Assembly (NCBI GenBank): GCA_051294375.1
Contig: CM119265.1
Coordinates: forward strand, 29,495,453 to 29,559,452
Source: Paraspadella gotoi
Taxonomy: Eukaryota; Animalia; Chaetognatha
Direction of reading: 5' to 3'
DNA: 64,000 nt
The position numbers were made by a program, and so were the translations under genes. How positions within the stretch are numbered: position 1 is the stretch's first letter; each line of letters opens with the position of its first letter. The notes beneath the pieces are model-generated. The model was not told the DNA's origin, did no database searches, and worked only from the letters and a program-made list of their open reading frames with translations. This document shows positions 26,881 through 40,374 of this stretch, one piece after another.

Positions 26881-28321
26881 GATTATTATGATTATTAGTA
26901 TTATTATTTATCTTATTTTCCCAAAAAGCCCCATTGCATCCTAAATTTGGAATTAGGTCAATGATTAATGATTAATATTAGGTTAGGGATTAAGGTTAGA
27001 AATTATGAATAAAAGTTTAGGGTAAAATATTATTAGAAAAGTTTGAAATGAATTTTCAACAACGATTTTATTTGATAAAAACAGACATGTTTCGGCTTAA
27101 CTACAAGCCTTCATCAGCTTGTAGTTAAGCCGAAACATGTCTGTTTTTATCAAATAAAATCGTTGTTGAAAATTCATTTCAAACTTTTCTAATAATTATT
27201 ACACAACGAAAAGAAAGGATTATACCACAATGGGTAAAATATTATAATTATATTAGGGTTAGAAATCAAGGTTGAGGATTAAGGTTAAATATTTAAGTTA
27301 AAATTAAATTCTGGGATAACGGAAGAGAATTAGAGCGGTCAGGGAAAAAGGAGCTGTCATACGACAGACGGACAGAAAGACAGACATTGAGTCAGACAAA
27401 CGGAGATTGGATGGATAACAAACCTTCGAAAACTTCCACCGAAATTTGATTCGTGAAAAATTTTTGTCTTTGATTGATTTTCTCTTTCGTCTTTTCATTA
27501 ACTAGAGACGACCCTGAGAGAAGAAAAAGAGAAATAGAAGCTAGAGCATTGCAGCATTAGAGAATTACGGCATTGCGGCATTATGAGAAGCATTGTTCCT
27601 CTTCCTACTGACATAAATTCAAGCTACGAATTAAAGAAACAGTTACACGATATTAGTGCTGTAGAATCACAGCATTAGATCATAAAATGTAGTTTTAAAT
27701 AACCTACCCTTTTTTAGAACAGCATCGTCGTCGTTGTTGTCATCGTCGTCGCTGTCGTCGTCATCATCTTCTTCTTTGAATCCAACACAATTTAAATCTT
27801 CTTGATTTTTCCAACTTTTATAACAACGACAAAAGATGATAACGATGATTGCGAAGAACAAAACAGTACAAAGAGAAATAATTAAATAATTTAATTCTTC
27901 ATGTCCTGTAAATTCCTCAGATTTCTGTAAAAAAATAAATATTTTAAATATTAATATTTTCAATAAACAAAACAATGAGATGACCTATCAATTTTATTTT
28001 ATGAATTCAAAATAATTGAAAATAACTTAAACTTTAAATTATCTCATGTAATAATATTGCTCCATTGTCCAAGAAAATTAAGCGCCTTTTTCCTTAACCA
28101 CTGAATCTAACCCCAATCATGAACCAATAAGTTGATTCTATATACGTCTAATCCTATTATCTAATAACTTCTAATATCCTATTTAATTTTGAAATTCAAC
28201 TGAAATTGGGCATTTTTCGCCAATATATCCAAAAATTAAAACTCACCCAAACTTCCAACTTTTCGGAAAATTTGCGTTCGTCAAAAATTGGCTGATTTGA
28301 GATTTCGTTAAAGTTATTCAT
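26203..28321 (-). CDS. Orphan 196-aa single-pass membrane protein; exons 28321-28247, 27924-27708, 27513-27424, 26411-26203
   Basis: Three GT-AG introns with matching phases (0,1,1) give a 591-nt frame ATG..TAA. TM-like segment YLIISLCTVLFFAIIVIIF is followed by CRCYK and an acidic tract. No homologue recognised. Confidence 0.6.
27034..27231. mobile_element. Palindromic Penelope-like mini-element (inverted pseudo-LTR)
   Basis: 14-bp TSD GGGTAAAATATTAT (27020-33, 27232-45); perfect 80-bp arms 27029-27108 / 27117-27196; AATAAA downstream of the ribozyme motif; 35-nt tail. Confidence 0.8.
27084..27117 (-). ncRNA. Minimal type I hammerhead ribozyme motif
   Basis: Minus strand CTGATGA-A-GGCTTG-TAGT-TAAGCC-GAAAC-ATG-TC: canonical core, 6-bp stem II, palindromic ACATGT minimal stem III, GUC cleavage triplet. 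The stem I 5' strand is replaced by the inversion junction. Confidence 0.8.
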
Positions 28322-28879
28322 TTTATTTAATTTGAAATCATAGTTCTTTAGCTTTTACTTAAAACTCTTTTTTTAGACACAAATCTATTTATCGAGAGTT
28401 ACCCGCCGCAGAAATGATTTGATCAGATTAATTTAACAATTTGAAATTAGGTCATTTCAAGAGGTTAGTTTTTTTTTCGAATGGACAAACTTTAAATGGG
28501 ATCGATTTTTAAGAGTTTTTTAAATAAAAAGGACAACAAAAAAAATGCTAAGTCATCATCAATAGGCAAAATAATTATGATTTTTTTAATTGGCTAAACT
28601 TGCTTTTTATTTGATAATTAACTTCTTCCGAATTCGCATAGAGCTTAAGGGAATAAGTTTTGGATTTCCCCAAAAAAATTAGTGAGTCAGCGATTTTTTT
28701 TCTTTTCAAGCAAATGACGCATTTGGTTTTCGGCGGCGGCGGCATGTACCGCTTGATCTTAAGTTCAGTAACTTAGGGGAAGAAATCATGTTAAATACTT
28801 AGCATCTTTAACGATTTAAGAACGTTTTTGTTTTAAGGTTATAACGTTTCAGTAATTTTGTTGTTTTCATGTTTTTAAA

Positions 28880-28910
28880 AACAAGTTTAAGCAAACATTG
28901 TCGGATCTGT
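28880..28910 (-). mobile_element. HINE 3'-end fragment
   Basis: AACAAGTTTAAGCAAACATTGTCGGATCTG matches the reverse complement of the HINE 3' terminus. Confidence 0.5.
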
Positions 28911-29028
28911 CTCCGATAATTAAGCGGTAAGAAGCTAATCCGTTGATAAAGCATGGTAATATTTTCTTACTTTCAATTTGTGATCTTAACAGATCATAAC
29001 ACATTGTAATATAACAAATCATAACTTT

Positions 29029-29251
29029 ATGGTGGACTAAAATCCACCAACCGTTCATCAGCGGCCATTGGTGCCGGAGGCAAGTCATTCGCCTCCCAAC
29101 CCAAAGGTCTGGGATTCTAGCCCGGTGGACGCCTTGCAGTTAAGAGGGACGGGGCGCTTAACCCGCCTGTAACACCGTGTTACAGCCTGATCCAAAGCTC
29201 ATATATTGAACGGTTCTGTCACTAAAACATAATAATAATTACTGTCTCTTC
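29029..29251 (+). mobile_element. tRNA-derived SINE, copy 2 (10-bp internal deletion)
   Basis: Near-identical to copy 1; TSD-like flanks CATAACTTT / CATACTTT. Confidence 0.75.
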
Positions 29252-29334
29252 AACATACTTTTTAATAAATCTATGAAAAAAATCTAAAAATCAAATGATC
29301 TATCAATCATTACCAGTAGCCTCGCCAATACCAG

Positions 29335-30180
29335 CTTGCATAATTTGATAAATTTGAATAACTTTCTAATTTTTGCATAATTTGCTCAACTGGCATAATT
29401 TGGTCAACTGACATAATTTTTTACAACTTGCATAATTTGGTCAACTTGCAAAATGTGGTAAACTGGCGTAATTTGATCAACTATTATAATTTGGTAGACT
29501 GGCATAATATGGTCAATTGACGTAATTTGGCCAACTGGCATAATTTGATCAACTGGCATAATTTTGCCAACTGGCATTTAGGTATTTTTAAGAAAAAAAA
29601 AATAATAATTTAGCCCACTGGCATAATTTTGTCAACTGAAATAATTTGGGGAACTGGCATAATTAGGACAACTATGGTGGACTAAAATCCACCAACTGTT
29701 CATCAGCGGCCATTGGTGCCGGAGGCAAGTCATTCGCCTCCCAACCCAAAGGTCCGGGGTTCTAGCCCGGTGGTCGTCTGGCAGTTAAGAGGGACGGGGC
29801 GCTTAACCCGCCTGTAACATGGTGTTACAGCCTGATCCGAAGCTCAGGGACTGCTTATATTGAACGGTTCTGTCATTAACATATATTAATAATTACTGTC
29901 TCTTCACAACTCTCTTAAATTGGTCAACTGACATAACTTGGCCAACTGACTTAATTTGCTCAACTGACATAATTTGTTCAACTGGAATAATTTGCTCAAC
30001 TAGCTTAATTTAGTTAACCGGCATAATTTGATCAACTGGCATAATCTGCTCAACTGGCATAATTTTGTTAACCGACATAATTTGCTCAACTGACATAATT
30101 TGCTCAACTTGCAGAATTTGGTCACTAGAATAATTTGGTCAACTGGATTAATTTGGTCAACTGGCATAATTTGGACAACT
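29335..30180. repeat. 18-bp minisatellite ACTGGCATAATTTGGTCA, interrupted by SINE copy 3
   Basis: Tandem units on both sides of 29674-29905. Confidence 0.9.
29674..29905 (+). mobile_element. tRNA-derived SINE, copy 3
   Basis: 6-bp TSD ACAACT (29668-73, 29906-11) inside the minisatellite defines the ends. Confidence 0.8.
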
Positions 30181-33100
30181 TACAATAAATCAATGAATCA
30201 AGCAATCAATCAATCAAATTTAATTTTAATTTAAATGTTTAACTTTATACTTGAACAATCTTTAATCCCATAAACTAATCCCTGATACAAATGTATTTCC
30301 TCATCCCCTAACTCTAATTCCTAACTTAATCTTTTTAAAAAGATATTTACTTCTGAATTATAGCTGAAATTGGGCACTTTTGGAAAATAGGGTCATTTCC
30401 TACTTTTTTTCTCATCTTTCCTACTTTACTCATTCTCTTTCTACTTTTGTAAATATTCTAATAAACTCTCATCGTTATAACTAATGTCATATGTTATAAC
30501 TAATGTTATAAATAATGTCACAAATCACTATGAATCGTGAATAGGTCACATGACGCACATCAATCAAAATTGAACATTTTCATATGATAATAAATTGCTC
30601 TTTTACATTTTAAATTATCAGGTTTTTACTCCGGCTACTTTTTTCACTGACACTTTCATGAAAATGTATAAACTAACAAACAATTGACGATTAAATGAAT
30701 TAAATGAATTAAATTTCATGAAAATGTCTAAACTAACAAATAATTGACGATTAAATCAACCGTTTAACTAACGTAACGACAGTTTAGTAATAAAACTCCA
30801 GAGATCCGTGAATCATTACATCGTTTATATTTATTACTGCGACTAATTATTACATCTGAATGATTGTTTTTCTCTGTCAAACTAACGATTAATACGAATC
30901 AATGACACAATTATTTTTTAAACAATTTCCAACAGAATTGATGTGCGAAAATTATTAAGAGATTTTGTTGATGAAAGAAAAAAAGAAAAGAATCGAAAAA
31001 AGTTTATCATGAAATTCACTCCTACTTAATTAAAGAAGAAAAAAAACTATTGTACTAATTTGAAAGAAACATGTTGAATCTTTACAATTTCGAGAAAAAA
31101 AAATATTTAAGACAATGATGATGCGATAGTTAATTATGTATAAAAACAATTTAATTTAAAAATGTTTCATTAACAGAAAAAATAAAAACCAATGAGAATA
31201 AACAACTAATAAAAAAGAGAGAAAATGTATTCTATGTTTGTAATTTATTTTTTTTGATAAAAGACGCACGGAGAGGGCGATGAGGGTAGCACCAAAACAT
31301 TTAATAAAACTAAATCCGAAATCAGATATACACTGACGGAACATTACTACGAAATTGCGTTTAATATTTCTTTCGTTGTTTAACTTCTTAAATGTTTATG
31401 TCAGTCGCAGGAAACAAAAAAATCAGTTGAAGCGTCGTCCCTGAATATTGGAAGGGAAAGTGATTTGGAAAGATATTTAAAAAGAGATTTGGAAAGAGTT
31501 TTGCAAAGAGATTTGAAAATAGATTTAATAAAACAGATTTAGTAAGAGATTTGAAGAGATTTGGAAAGATATTTCTCTGAACTCTGCACACAGAATGGCT
31601 CATATGAAGTTTAACAGACGCTCGTGTTTAATGTTTGTTAAATTAAAATGAATAAGTTGGTGACTACGCATTCATGCATTCGGTCATGGACATAAATTAA
31701 TTCTCGTTAAGTCATTTTGTTTGTTTAACATAACAATTAAATTCAAAAGACAATTCTACAATAATTTTTTTCAGTAGGTGTCGCATTTTTTAATTTTTTA
31801 CATTTTTTTCAGGTATTCTGTATTCACCATGCTCGGGATAGGAAAACAAAAGTTGGTGTTTTGTTTGGCCTCATCGCTACTGGGTGATTGTGTCACAAGA
31901 CTATTAACGCATTCTTAAGGTTTTTTAGGGAAATTAAAATAAAGAAACCAAAACAAAAGGTTTAATCATCTAATTCATCCAGACCAGAAAAGCGAAAAGA
32001 CGACGACAGAGACGAAGAAGACTCCATTTAAGAACCACATCGTTTCACTGAATTAGACTCGAGATCTTTAAGGGGAGAGTCGATTATTTCATAGCAGGAA
32101 ATTCTTATTGAAGAAAATAGCGTCATTCTCGTCTCTGAATTAAAAAAAAAGGTAAGATCTTATTATCTTTTTTTTTGCGCCGCAGTTTCGATTCTCTTCA
32201 GGTTGGAAGTGGATTAAATTTTTTGGGTTTCTAATTTTCTACTTTGCAATTTAAAGGGGAACAATGAAAAAATTCCCTCAAAAATATGATTTAAATAATA
32301 TTTCTTATTAAATAAAACAAAAAAAAGTCTGTTGTGTGATCAGCGATTTTCTTAGAAAGAGAGGGCATTTCTTTCCAAGCAAAAATATAGAGAAAGTGAA
32401 GAATGAAAAAAAAACATTTTAACATCACGCAAAAAAGATAGGGGTTAAAAAGCTTTATGAAATAATCATCATATTGATAATATTATTATTAATTTTAATA
32501 ACTTTTATAGACAACGCGACTGTAAGAGATGGGCATGGGAAATACAGTAAATACTGTTGCATGCGGTCGCTAACAAAACTTAATACATCATTTTAAAATT
32601 TATATTAGCTAAAAATATTGCTGTATTGATAAATGATAGAAATCAACACTTTTGTTTACAAAATTCAGTCACAAACAATGCAAATTATATAAAAAGGGTC
32701 AATAAAAAAATGTAAACATTGTAAAGTGTCCTCACTGCACTTTATAGTTTTTAAAATAAATAGTTATTAGATTATTATATAAAAAGGCCATTTTTTGTAC
32801 AATAAGTAAAAATAATTCTTTTAATAAAGTGGCCTCTACTAGAGCTTCAAGTAAATTACCTTCTTGAAAAAGAATGATGGCTACCTTCTTGGTTGACAAC
32901 TTAAAATAGAAAAGTTGCCAAAAATGATCATATATACTTACTTAATTATTTTAAACATTAAGACATTTATGCGTGGTATTATTTATTTATTAAACTGCAA
33001 AATTAAACTCATAAGCTTGAAAAATTATATTCTTACAGAAACTACAATTAGATGAAATTGATGAAAGAATTTTTTTTAGAAATGATATGGCAGACAAGTA

Positions 33101-36100
33101 GCAAGAAAAAAGATACAAAATTATGATAATCACAAAATTTGATCTTTTTAAAGTAAGACAAGATTTAAGTAGCTGTGTCAAAATTTATTTATAATTTAGC
33201 ATGTTTAAAAGCGCCAAATATTTTTAAATTGTTATAAACAATTTATTTATTTTTCAGCATCTCGTGAAGTGAGCATTTTTTAAGGGCTATAAAACAAAGG
33301 TTTATGTCGGGAAAACAGAGTGTAACAACAAACATATTTTTTTAAAATTGCAAACAAGTAATATTTAAATGCTCCTCTTTCGATAAATATTTGTATTCAG
33401 TATTTTCCTAGTTCCAACTCTATCGCACAATTTTAATTTTTAAGAGAAATTTAAAGGAAAATACAAGTGTTGGAGCCGCTCGTCTTGGAACACCCGATAC
33501 AATGACGCCAGGATAAAGATTAAATGCAGGATCAGGTTTTTTTTGTCTGTGGTTTTAGAGCAGAAAGGTTTCGGGTTTTTTTTACTTATTGGTCTTTTTT
33601 TATTTTTCATCCAAGTAAAAAAAAAGAATCAAATAGCGAACAAACTCATAACAGGTTTTTTTAAGGATTTTTTGTTTTAGGTCTTGTGGTTCTGCGAGCT
33701 TTGATTTAATTTTTAAGGGGAAAGAGGTTAAGGAAAAGACAACATTCAAGTTACGACATAAAATGGATTAGAAAGAGAGAGAGATTTTTTTAAGTATGCA
33801 AAAAACGATCTGAAGCAAAAAAAAAAATGTTAGCTTAGGTCGAGAAAGAGAGAGGGAGTAACTAGCCGGTTCCCTTAAAAGGGAATCGATAGCAAAGATC
33901 CAAAATCTTTTCAACCTCGAGATGAGCTGCCGAGAAAGTCATTAGTAATTTTGCATACCGTAAAAAATGTAGTGCATGCGTGGTTATTACCTGCCCCAAC
34001 AATTAATCACCTTTACTTCTCCGACTTCCCAATTGAGGCCGCTTTTAAAGATGAATCCCGAGAGAGTCATGGGTTCGAACCCCACCGACTCCATCGAGGT
34101 CTCACTCGGAAAAGCGAATCGGTTAAGGGCGACCCAGAGTGAAAGGAGTAAAGACCCAGTGAACGATTCTTCTCTCCTCTAAACATCGATCGAGTTTGAA
34201 CCCCCGACACACAAAGTCAAACCCTTTTCCGGTTGGAACCTTTGATCGTCAGAACCAAGAAACTGCGCCAACAAACTCGGCACTGACGAGACATCAAAGC
34301 AATTGGGCGGCAGAATCTCTCAATGAGAAGAGAGGGGAACTGCCGTCGGGAAATAAAGGGATTTTTAGGAGAAAATATATTCCGTTTAACTGCATTGATA
34401 TTGAATAAAACATTTATTTTTTTAATCTCAAACTTGATAATTTTTTCCATATTTACTATAATTTTTACTATTACGTTTACAATATTTATTTGCAAATAAA
34501 CTAGCAGTTTTGTTTTGGAATTCACATTGAATACTCCTTTACATATTGAGGGGGGTACTGAAAGCGGCACACGACAGACAGACTATTCTATAAAAAAAAT
34601 GTTTTTTTTATTATAATCTTTTTTTAAAAATGTTTAAATCTTTTTGAGGATTTTGTTTCTTCTTTGAATACAATAAAAAAGTTTGTTTGTGTGACGCGAT
34701 AAAATAAAAAAGGAAATGAGGTTCGGCTGTTGAGTTGAATCTCATTCAATCTCCCTTCAATCAGACTCACTTAAGTCTCGGGGTTGTTGGGAGCCTGACA
34801 GAGACTAAGCCAACACTTACTGGTTTTAATTATTATTTAATAACTTGGTAAAATTTCTATTTAAAAACCCAGAACGAACTTGGACAGAATAGGATGCAAG
34901 GGTTGTCTTCTCCTTCGATAAAGGATTGCAACATCCCTCCAAGAAAATTGAATCCTCAGCTGAAGGCAATAACATTTGGCGTTGCATCCTGCAATGTCTA
35001 AATTACATTCAATTTGAGATCTATACTTTCTTTTTGTTTTTTTGCCCCCAACCAGCGAAATGTTGCCAAATTTCATCATTAAGGCTTCTGAACGAAAATT
35101 TACCCCCAAAACTTTTTTTGTAGTTTTTCTTCTTTTTAAGTTTTTTTTAATGATGTTACAATAACGAGTTTGGATTCTTGTGTTTTGTTTGGTTAACTTG
35201 GTGCAGATTTTGGTTTGCAACATCCAATCTTTATTTTTTGCATTTAGTCACTTCAAAGGATACTGTTCTTTTTTTTCTCCATAATTCAGTCTTGAACCAG
35301 AACTTTCTTTTTTTTCAGGAAAGAATATTTAAAATCTTTTAGATTTGAGTTACTTGTCTTGCCTTTAACAAACATCGTCATGAAGTTATTACAAATAACT
35401 TAAACCAAACGTAAACAGTTTCTATTTAGACTTCGTAGCGATGTTATACAGGTTCAATAAAACAAATAAAATAAATAAATAACTCTGACACATTTAAACG
35501 ATTGAACAGATGGTTCTTAAAGGGAACCAGGAAAGCCACGTATAACTCCTGGTTATACTTGCCTTTACAAAACTTTGAATTGAAAAAAAAAATTACACAA
35601 CATTACTTAACTTTCAATTTATTTTTATTTTATTCATTTCTTTAAATCTTGCTTGGATTTCAATTTTTTTTAATTTTAAATATTAAAACCTGATCTTTCC
35701 CAGTTTTTATTCTAATTGATTGGTCTGTTTTATGTGTGAAGCCGTGTGACAATAGGCATCATGCAAAATCCGATAAACAATTTAGCATTAAGCCAATCTT
35801 ATTTTATCTTGTTCTTGTATGTTAAGTAAGAATATAAGCTCAATGATAAAAAGCAGTCAAAGTTTTAATGGATTTAGCTTTGATATTATTTTATGTCTGG
35901 AGTGAGTGAAAAGTTTCGAAGAAGCGAATCTTATATTTTTTTTTTTAATAAATAATAATAAAATTAAATTTCCCCAAAATTCATTTCAAGTCCGTTTTTC
36001 TAAGACGCGATGATTCCCTAACAAAACCTGCTTTTCTAAAAAAAATCTGAAACGAGGAACAAGGAGAGTTTCAACTTCTTTCCGCTTCTTAACTCAATGG

Positions 36101-37664
36101 AGCCTCGTTCTGGACTACTTCGGACTACTCTCTTCTTCTCGTTCTCCTACTCAACTCAATGCAGCCTCGTTCTGGACTCCTGTTAAAGCATTCAAAGCCA
36201 TCCGCATGAAAGAGCTTGTATTCTCCTCTGTCTTGATTTCTCTCTTGTGTCCAGCTCGTTCCTAATTCTCTATTTAGTCTCTTATTATCTCTCTTTTTTT
36301 TTAAATTTGGCAAAAAAGCAAAAATCTTGGCAAAAAAAAATATGTTTAGTTAGTTTAGCAACTCAAGCTTATCGTCTATAATAAATACTCTGACGACAAA
36401 AGCGAATAATTCTTTTGTTAACAAAAGTTACTCTGAGTTTTGGCTGAAAAAAAAAAAAATTTGGCGTTTATATATGTATAGATAGGATGTGTATAAATAC
36501 GTATTAATCCTATGAATCGAAGCTGGCATTTATTTTTTTTGATGGTTTTTGTTTGACCAAGACTATCTATTAGAGAAGTGATAATGAATGCTCTCGGCCA
36601 TGTTTTCCCTCCAAGACAATCATGCCGGGTCAGAAAATCAATAATCATAGTAATAATAAAAAATAAAAACGACACTCGAATAAAGCAGCAACCGAAATAA
36701 CGGCAAATGAGATGGGACACGAAAAAGCTGCTTTCTTGGGGTGAAAAATCCCATGGAATGATTGTCTCAAAAATAGCTGATTCATGGTTGACCACATGGT
36801 TCTAAAGATATGAAGACATGATTTTCTGATAGTGAAAAGCATAAAAAAAATTTAAAGTCAAGAATGAGCTATTGTTTGTTAGGCAATGAGATTGGGCTCA
36901 AAAGGGCAAACAATTGAATGATTATTGTCATTTTGAATTTTGTGAATTTAACTAAAAGCAAGATTGGATGTTTTGGCTAAGATGTAGGAAGATCCTTGAA
37001 TGTCTGCCGAGTGGATATTGTTTGTATCGTAGAATCGGAGAAATTAAATTGAGGAGCTTATGATCAGCAAAAAAATATAAGAACATAAAAATATTTATAA
37101 AAATTACTTATTCTCCTCAAGTTTTTTATGTCAAGGGTTTTTGCATCGGCAATAAGCCTCTCTTTAACTTTGTAGACTTTAACATTCATTGAAATAAAAT
37201 CATATTTTTTTGAACCCTAACAAATTGATTTAATATCCACCGAACCTACAATTATTGATACTTTAAACCCTGTATATTTTAAATACATACGGATTTTAGA
37301 CTGGATTTCAATGTAAGAAAATCACTTTGCTAAATATTTCTAAAATTAGTCTTTTAACCCAAAGGAATGTAATCGAATACGAGACGTCATTGCATGATAT
37401 AGTCATTTCCCAAATTCATCCTGTCTATAGACAATTTAGACATTATTCCCTTATTTTTGAGGCTCATTAAGTAAAGCATATAACCATCAGCCGATACCGC
37501 CAGCTAATAAGTTGCAAGTGAAATAAGTTTACAATATTAAACACTAAACTTACTACTCCCTAAAAATGTTAATAATCATTAGTTTATATATACCATTAGG
37601 TTTTATAATAACCATTATTTCCAAATCTGTTTAATTTTTTATTTAAATTTATTTGTACCCAAAT

Positions 37665-37838
37665 AATAAATATATCAAATCTAAATTTAAAAAAAAAGTA
37701 TTTATACTTAAATAATACACATATCAAAACTAAATTTTTATTTATATTTATTTATACTTAAATAATGCACGTATCAAACTTAAATTTTTATTTAAATTTA
37801 TTTATACTTAAATAATACACATATCAAATTTAAATTTT
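37665..37838. repeat. ~50-bp AT-rich tandem repeat, about 3 copies
   Basis: TATTTATACTTAAATAATACACATATCAAA repeated. Confidence 0.75.
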
Positions 37839-38924
37839 CTTTAGAAAGAGTATGCAATTGTTAAAGGAAGCTAAAGCGATCAATTTAAACCCTGACATTT
37901 AATCTCTTTTCGGTAGAGGAAGGTTTTATCATTTCTCTCAGGAAGGAAGAATGCCCTTCCCAGCATGCCGGTGGACAGGGAAAGGGGTGGGTGAGGCATG
38001 GAGATCTTGGCAGCATGCCAATATTGAAATAAAAGTGGGGCATGTCGGTCAAAAGCATGCCGGTGGCAAAACAACGGTGGGGCATGTCGATGAATCCATG
38101 CCGGTGGCAAAACAGCGGTGGTCGATCCTGGGGATTTTCTAGACTGAATGGACAAGAAGGGAAAAAGCCCCTTAAGGATCATTTTCATTTTCTTTGGTTT
38201 ATTTAAATATTATTTATTCTATTTATTTATGTCTACTACATTCGTTGTGGGAGCTAAAAATCAGTTCGCAGGATTTTCTTTAAGGGGACCGATGCGATGG
38301 TAAGAAAAAGTGCGGTTCGCGGATTTTCGGACTCTGAAGTGAATTTTAAGGGAAAGTGCAAGATTTGTTATTTTCTATATTTATTTTTTTGTCTAATTTG
38401 CATTTAAGGATAAAAAAAGGAAGAAGAATATTTTCATTCTTATCAAGCTTTTGTGCAAACTAAAGAAAAGTAATGTCATGCAAGATTTCTTTTTTACAAA
38501 GCTGAGGATAGCAGCGCGTTTCTATTATGTATTTTTTATAGATAATACCATACCTTTATTATTTATATAAAAAAGGTACGTAGTATTTATAAAAAAAAAG
38601 CATCAAAAAATGAATGATGCGAAATAAATGACGTAGAAATCTGATATTCTGTTTTGTTTTTTTGTTGTTTTTTTTTTTGAAAAGCCAGTTGAAGTGCGGT
38701 TTTATCAATTTCATGCAATGTGAGCCATAACCCAGACAGGATATTTTTTCTTTCTTTCTTTTTTTTTGGTCGCGATGTAAAATAAACTTGGGAAGATCCT
38801 TCTTTCCTTTTTTATGAACGACGGTTTTTTATGATTTTTTTTTTACAAATGAGATGCAGCCTTTTTTTTCTTTTTTTGTTTTAATCACAAAATCGAGAAA
38901 TGATAGAAAAATAAGTCGTAGTCG

Positions 38925-38960
<36 letters not shown>

Positions 38961-39641
38961 GCATGGTCGTCGTCGTCATCATCGTCGAAAAATCTGATTC
39001 GATCTAAAAAAAACAAATAATTTTTTTTCCTCTGATTTCTAGAGGAAATTTTAAAGGAGAAAAGAGAAAAGAGATTTCCAAGAAATTGTTGTCGTTGTTG
39101 TTGTTGTTGTCGTTGTTATAGTAGATTACGTTGCTTGGGAAGACTCTTTAATGGAAAGTGAAACTCAAAAAAAAAAGGAAAAAAAATTGATCCAAATTTT
39201 TGGAGCAAAAGTTTCTTCTGTGGTGAGTTTCTTTGTTCTTGTCCTTTGCCTTCGTTCTTGTCCTTTGTCCTAGTTCGCCGTTGATAGAATTATTTGTGAA
39301 GATTCTTACCTTTTTCTCATTCTTGACTCAGTTTTGGGTCAGAAAAGAATTAAAATGAAGCGAAAGAAAAAGCGATGAAAACATTTGGATCTTTTCTCTT
39401 CCTTTTTTTATTATTTTTTGTTCTTTTTATTATTTTTTATTATTTTTCGTTCTTTTTTGTTCTTTTTTGTTCTTTTTTGTTCTTTTGGAATTTCTTGTCT
39501 TTTTGTTTTGTCCTTGGGCCACGATTGTCTTTTTATTTGAGGTTTTGTGACACAAGTTTTGTTTTTCTTTTCGTCTTTTGAGTTTTTTGGGTTAGTTTTG
39601 TTTCTGTTGTTGTTGTTGTCGTCGTTGTTGTTGTTTTTGTA

Positions 39642-39677
39642 TTACAAATGAACTGGGTCAGGCTGTTTTCGGATCGT
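39642..39677 (-). CDS. FLOT1: Flotillin-1 last coding exon (TIRKQPDPVHL*)
   Basis: Polypyrimidine tract and TACAG acceptor; phase 0 matches the upstream donor; short tail as in FLOT1 orthologues. Confidence 0.7.
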   Translation of the reverse strand, partial: TIRKQPDPVHL

Positions 39678-40088
39678 CTGTAGAAGAAAGAGGGTAAGAG
39701 AAGAAAAGGGAAATATAAATATCTTTCAAATGTAAATATAAATATGAAGATTTTCTGGTTCCATTCATTTGTTTTCTCCTGGATTCCTATCTTTCAATTT
39801 TTTTTTTTATTCCTCCTATCTTTTTTTTTATTTTCCTCTTTCTCGCTCCCTTTTTTTTCCTTCCTCTTCTTTCCTTTCCTCCTCTACCTCTTATTTTATT
39901 CCATCTTATTTCCTTTCCTCCTCTCCCTTTTAATTTTCCTTCCTCTTCTTTCCTTTCCTCTCCTCCCTTTCCTCCCTTCTTCCCTCTCTTCCCCCTTCCT
40001 CTTCTTTCCATTCCTCCCCTTCCTCGTCTTTCCTTTCCTATTCTCCCTTTCCTCCGTCTCTCCCCCTTCTTATCCCCACCCAACCCAC

Positions 40089-40357
40089 CGTGGCGATGTT
40101 AACTCCCGTCAATTTTTCCACGACGTCTGGCAATTTGTTGATGATGTCCAGCACTTCTGCGGTGAGCCTCGACGCTCCAATGTCCCCTTGACCCGAGGCT
40201 ACGATGGTCACCTTGTTGCAGCCGGTTAAGGGCGCGGAGACTTCTGCCGCGATTTTAGGCAACATGTCGAGGACCATGTCTACTTTGGCCGCGTCTTGAT
40301 AATCCTTCCATGCGTCCGCTTTCTTCGCCATCTGCTCTGCCTCGGCTTTCGCCTTGG
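40089..40357 (-). CDS. FLOT1: Flotillin-1 C-terminal exon
   Basis: [60 protein letters not shown]; CAG acceptor, GTGGGT donor. Confidence 0.95.
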
Positions 40358-40374
40358 CTGTTAGGGGGGGAGAA

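Noticed and set aside
34060-34095. tRNA gene from GGGTTCGAACCCC (similar motif near 20600)
   Set aside because: Only a T-arm/B-box-like motif; no A-box or cloverleaf.
31250-36850. Short ORFs and scattered splice-like sites
   Set aside because: No phase-consistent model or recognisable protein could be built by eye.
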